Source: Lentisphaera sp. (GTDB taxonomy: Bacteria; Verrucomicrobiota; Lentisphaeria; Victivallales; GWF2-50-93). Taken from it: a stretch of 34,480 nt of DNA. The first letter of the stretch is position 1. The number at the start of each line of letters is the position of its first letter. The notes beneath the pieces are model-generated. The model ran no database searches, was not told the origin of the DNA, and saw only the letters and a program-made list of their open reading frames with translations. A program made the position numbers and the translations under genes. This document shows, piece by piece, positions 32,608 through 34,480 of the stretch. The stretch covers positions 1-34,480 of the forward strand of contig DYMC01000001.1 in assembly GCA_020721745.1 (NCBI GenBank), read 5' to 3'.

Positions 32608-33933
32608 TTAACGGTTGAAATGATTAACGGACGCGATCGGCTCGACCTTAACATCCTCCTTGAAGTTGATCGGCCATTCGTAATCGACGCAGTAACCAAT
32701 GGCCGTCGTGATGTGCTGGTACTCGCTGCAATCTTCCAGGAAGGTGCTGCCCTTCTTGATCTGCACTGTGGAAAAGCCCTTGTGGGCGTACTTGGCTTTC
32801 TCAATGTTCACGAACAGGCTGACCTCACCCCTAGCGTTCTTGATCTTGGCACGCACGGAGTTCTGCCGGTCCTTGATGGCTGGTGCCGCGTTCTTCACTT
32901 TGCGTGTCACGGTCCAGTTGTTGGAGCGAAGAACCTGTTCTATCTCAGTGTAGTCAGAGGCGTGTCCATGCTTCTCACCTGCACGGCCTGCTGGGTCGCC
33001 GTAAATGATGACGCTGCGGTTCTGGTGGTTCTTGAACTTCTCCACGAACTCAAGGGCCGACTGCCTGGCCACTGCGGACTGGAGAACAATCTCATCGAGG
33101 ATGAAGAAGTCATTGCCACGACGGACCCCGACGCCTGAGCTCATGGGCGTGAAGTTGAAGTCATGGCACCACATTAACTGCTCATGGGGCTTGATGACCT
33201 CGTTCGTGTAGTTGTCTGGGCCGTAGTCCTCGTACACACGGCCGGACGCGGTCTCGAAGCTGGCCTCGTATTCCTGCCGATATTGACGCGGCGACATGCG
33301 GCGCTTAGCTGCATCGATCACATCCTTGGGCAGAATGTCTGCGCTCTTCCACGTGTATAGCTTCCAGTCAGGATCGCCACTGGTCCGAGCGTACTCAGCC
33401 ATCTCGAAATAGTGATTCAAGCCGTCAGGGACGCCGATCAACCAGCACCATGGGCGATAGTCGGGCCTCGACGGGTTGAACGTATCAAGGGCTGGGCTGA
33501 TGTGCTCCTGCCACGCACCTTCGCGCACGTCGGCAATCTCATCAATGATGCCTCCGATCCAGTGCACACCTTCCATGCGCTGAGGTTGATCAAGACCGAT
33601 GAGGCTGATCGTGCTGCCGTTGGGCAAGCGAATCTGGAGCTCAGACTCGCTGACTGAGCGGTCACCGAAAACTGACGTGAAGCAGAGACGCTTGAGGTCG
33701 GTCCAGTAGATACGCTTGACTTGGTCCCGAGTAGGAGCAGCCACGAAGTAGGGCCCGGGCTCCCTCATGGCCTCACGCACCACAAAGCGCTTGGCGCGTT
33801 CGGACTTGCCGGACCGCCGCCCTGCTGGGACCACCTTGAACCGCACCTTGTCATTGACCAAGGCGGTTTGAATGGGGTGCTCGGCTAGTGGATACCAACG
33901 CTCCATGTCCTTCTGATGGGCGTGGTCAGTCAT
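32608..33933 (-). CDS. terL: Terminase large subunit
   Basis: Walker A-like VPAGRRSGKSE near the N-terminus. 441 aa. C-terminal nuclease-type acidic motifs. Lies between terS and the portal gene. Confidence 0.9.
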   Translation of the reverse strand: MTDHAHQKDMERWYPLAEHPIQTALVNDKVRFKVVPAGRRSGKSERAKRFVVREAMREPGPYFVAAPTRDQVKRIYWTDLKRLCFTSVFGDRSVSESELQIRLPNGSTISLIGLDQPQRMEGVHWIGGIIDEIADVREGAWQEHISPALDTFNPSRPDYRPWCWLIGVPDGLNHYFEMAEYARTSGDPDWKLYTWKSADILPKDVIDAAKRRMSPRQYRQEYEASFETASGRVYEDYGPDNYTNEVIKPHEQLMWCHDFNFTPMSSGVGVRRGNDFFILDEIVLQSAVARQSALEFVEKFKNHQNRSVIIYGDPAGRAGEKHGHASDYTEIEQVLRSNNWTVTRKVKNAAPAIKDRQNSVRAKIKNARGEVSLFVNIEKAKYAHKGFSTVQIKKGSTFLEDCSEYQHITTAIGYCVDYEWPINFKEDVKVEPIASVNHFNR

Positions 33934-34298
33934 ACTGGAAGCTTCTCCGCGATCGACTTGAGGGCCTCGGACACGGCGTCTGAGTTGCCGCTGATGGAGA
34001 CGGTTTGTGTAGCAAGGCGCGGTGCGTAGTACGGAGCTGCTGCTTTCGCGGCGTCAATGCGTGTGGGAAAGTCAGCATAGAACTCTTCTTCCACAAGTTT
34101 TTTGCTCTTCTCGTTGCCCTTGGCGTCATACTCGACGACCCAACGCTTGTGCACGATGCCTTCACCACGGCTGACCTTCAGCAACCACTCGTGTGGGAGC
34201 AACCCAGCTTTCATCGCCTCTTCGCGAGCTTTGGTCGTGATCTTTTGCACGGAACCCCTGGGCCGACCAGCCCCGCGCCTTGCGCCACCTAAAGCCAT
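33930..34298 (-). CDS. terS: Terminase small subunit
   Basis: 122 aa. The N-terminus GGARRGAGRPRGS is typical of small terminase DNA-binding N-termini. aggagg RBS. ATGA overlap with terL. Confidence 0.7.
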   Translation of the reverse strand: MALGGARRGAGRPRGSVQKITTKAREEAMKAGLLPHEWLLKVSRGEGIVHKRWVVEYDAKGNEKSKKLVEEEFYADFPTRIDAAKAAAPYYAPRLATQTVSISGNSDAVSEALKSIAEKLPV

Positions 34299-34342
34299 GT
34301 AGAGTCCTCCTAAATGTAATTAAGATTCACCTTATAGAATGG

Positions 34343-34371
34343 ATTATAGCTTGCCGGCGGGGCGATGTATA
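34343..34371 (-). promoter_or_regulatory. Sigma70-like promoter for the structural arm (TATACA-N17-TATAAT on the - strand)
   Basis: On the - strand: tataca (34371-34366), a 17 nt spacer, and a perfect tataat (34348-34343), about 45 nt upstream of the terS ATG. Confidence 0.6.
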
Positions 34372-34438
34372 CCCCATCGACGCACGCGCGTGTTATGGCG
34401 CGAAACCATCTGAAGTGGCGCCGGCGGAGTCCACAAGT

Positions 34439-34480
34439 CCTGCTACAGAATCTGCTACAGCTACAGTATTTTCCTTATTC
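34439..34480. repeat. Right arm of imperfect terminal inverted repeat (partner at 9-50)
   Basis: cctgctacagaatctgctacagctacagta(t)tttccttattc is the reverse complement of the left-end sequence with a few mismatches. It contains three GCTACA units. Confidence 0.85.

Overview
The window looks like a complete, or nearly complete, ~34.5 kb genome of a lytic, high-GC dsDNA podovirus-type phage of a Gram-negative host. No integrase, repressor, phage RNA polymerase, tRNA or CRISPR array was seen. It has two convergent arms. The left arm (+ strand, ~320-16022) carries early, replication and nucleotide-metabolism genes: a Toprim primase fused to an SF3 helicase, a family A DNA polymerase, a Cas4-like nuclease, a DEDDh exonuclease, VRR-NUC, an SNF2 helicase, a J-domain protein and two histone-H1-like paralogs. 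It ends in a five-gene nucleotide-modification operon. The right arm (- strand, 34298-16134) is a P22-like morphogenesis module: terS, terL, portal, scaffold, coat, gp4-like, gp10-like, needle-like protein, three ejection-type proteins and a beta-helix tailspike. A lysis cassette follows it. The arms meet at a hairpin terminator (16061-16104). Many genes are joined by ATGA or TAATG overlaps. Transcription appears to depend on host sigma70-like promoters sharing a TTTACA-N17-TAnnAT pattern. The strongest candidate for a new system is the operon at 12648-16022. It encodes a SAM methyltransferase, a MazG-like NTP pyrophosphatase, a thymidylate-kinase-like kinase fused to a degenerate UDG-like domain, a ThyA-fold enzyme with the dCMP-hydroxymethylase Asp signature, and a dCMP deaminase. 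This predicts modified cytosine in virion DNA with extra chemistry that is not explained. A second notable item is a cupin-SET-domain (lysine methyltransferase) gene translationally coupled to the ejection-protein genes. The window ends form a ~42 bp imperfect inverted repeat, followed on the left by a 2 x 31 bp tandem repeat. All homology calls were made by eye from motifs; no database search or alignment software was used.
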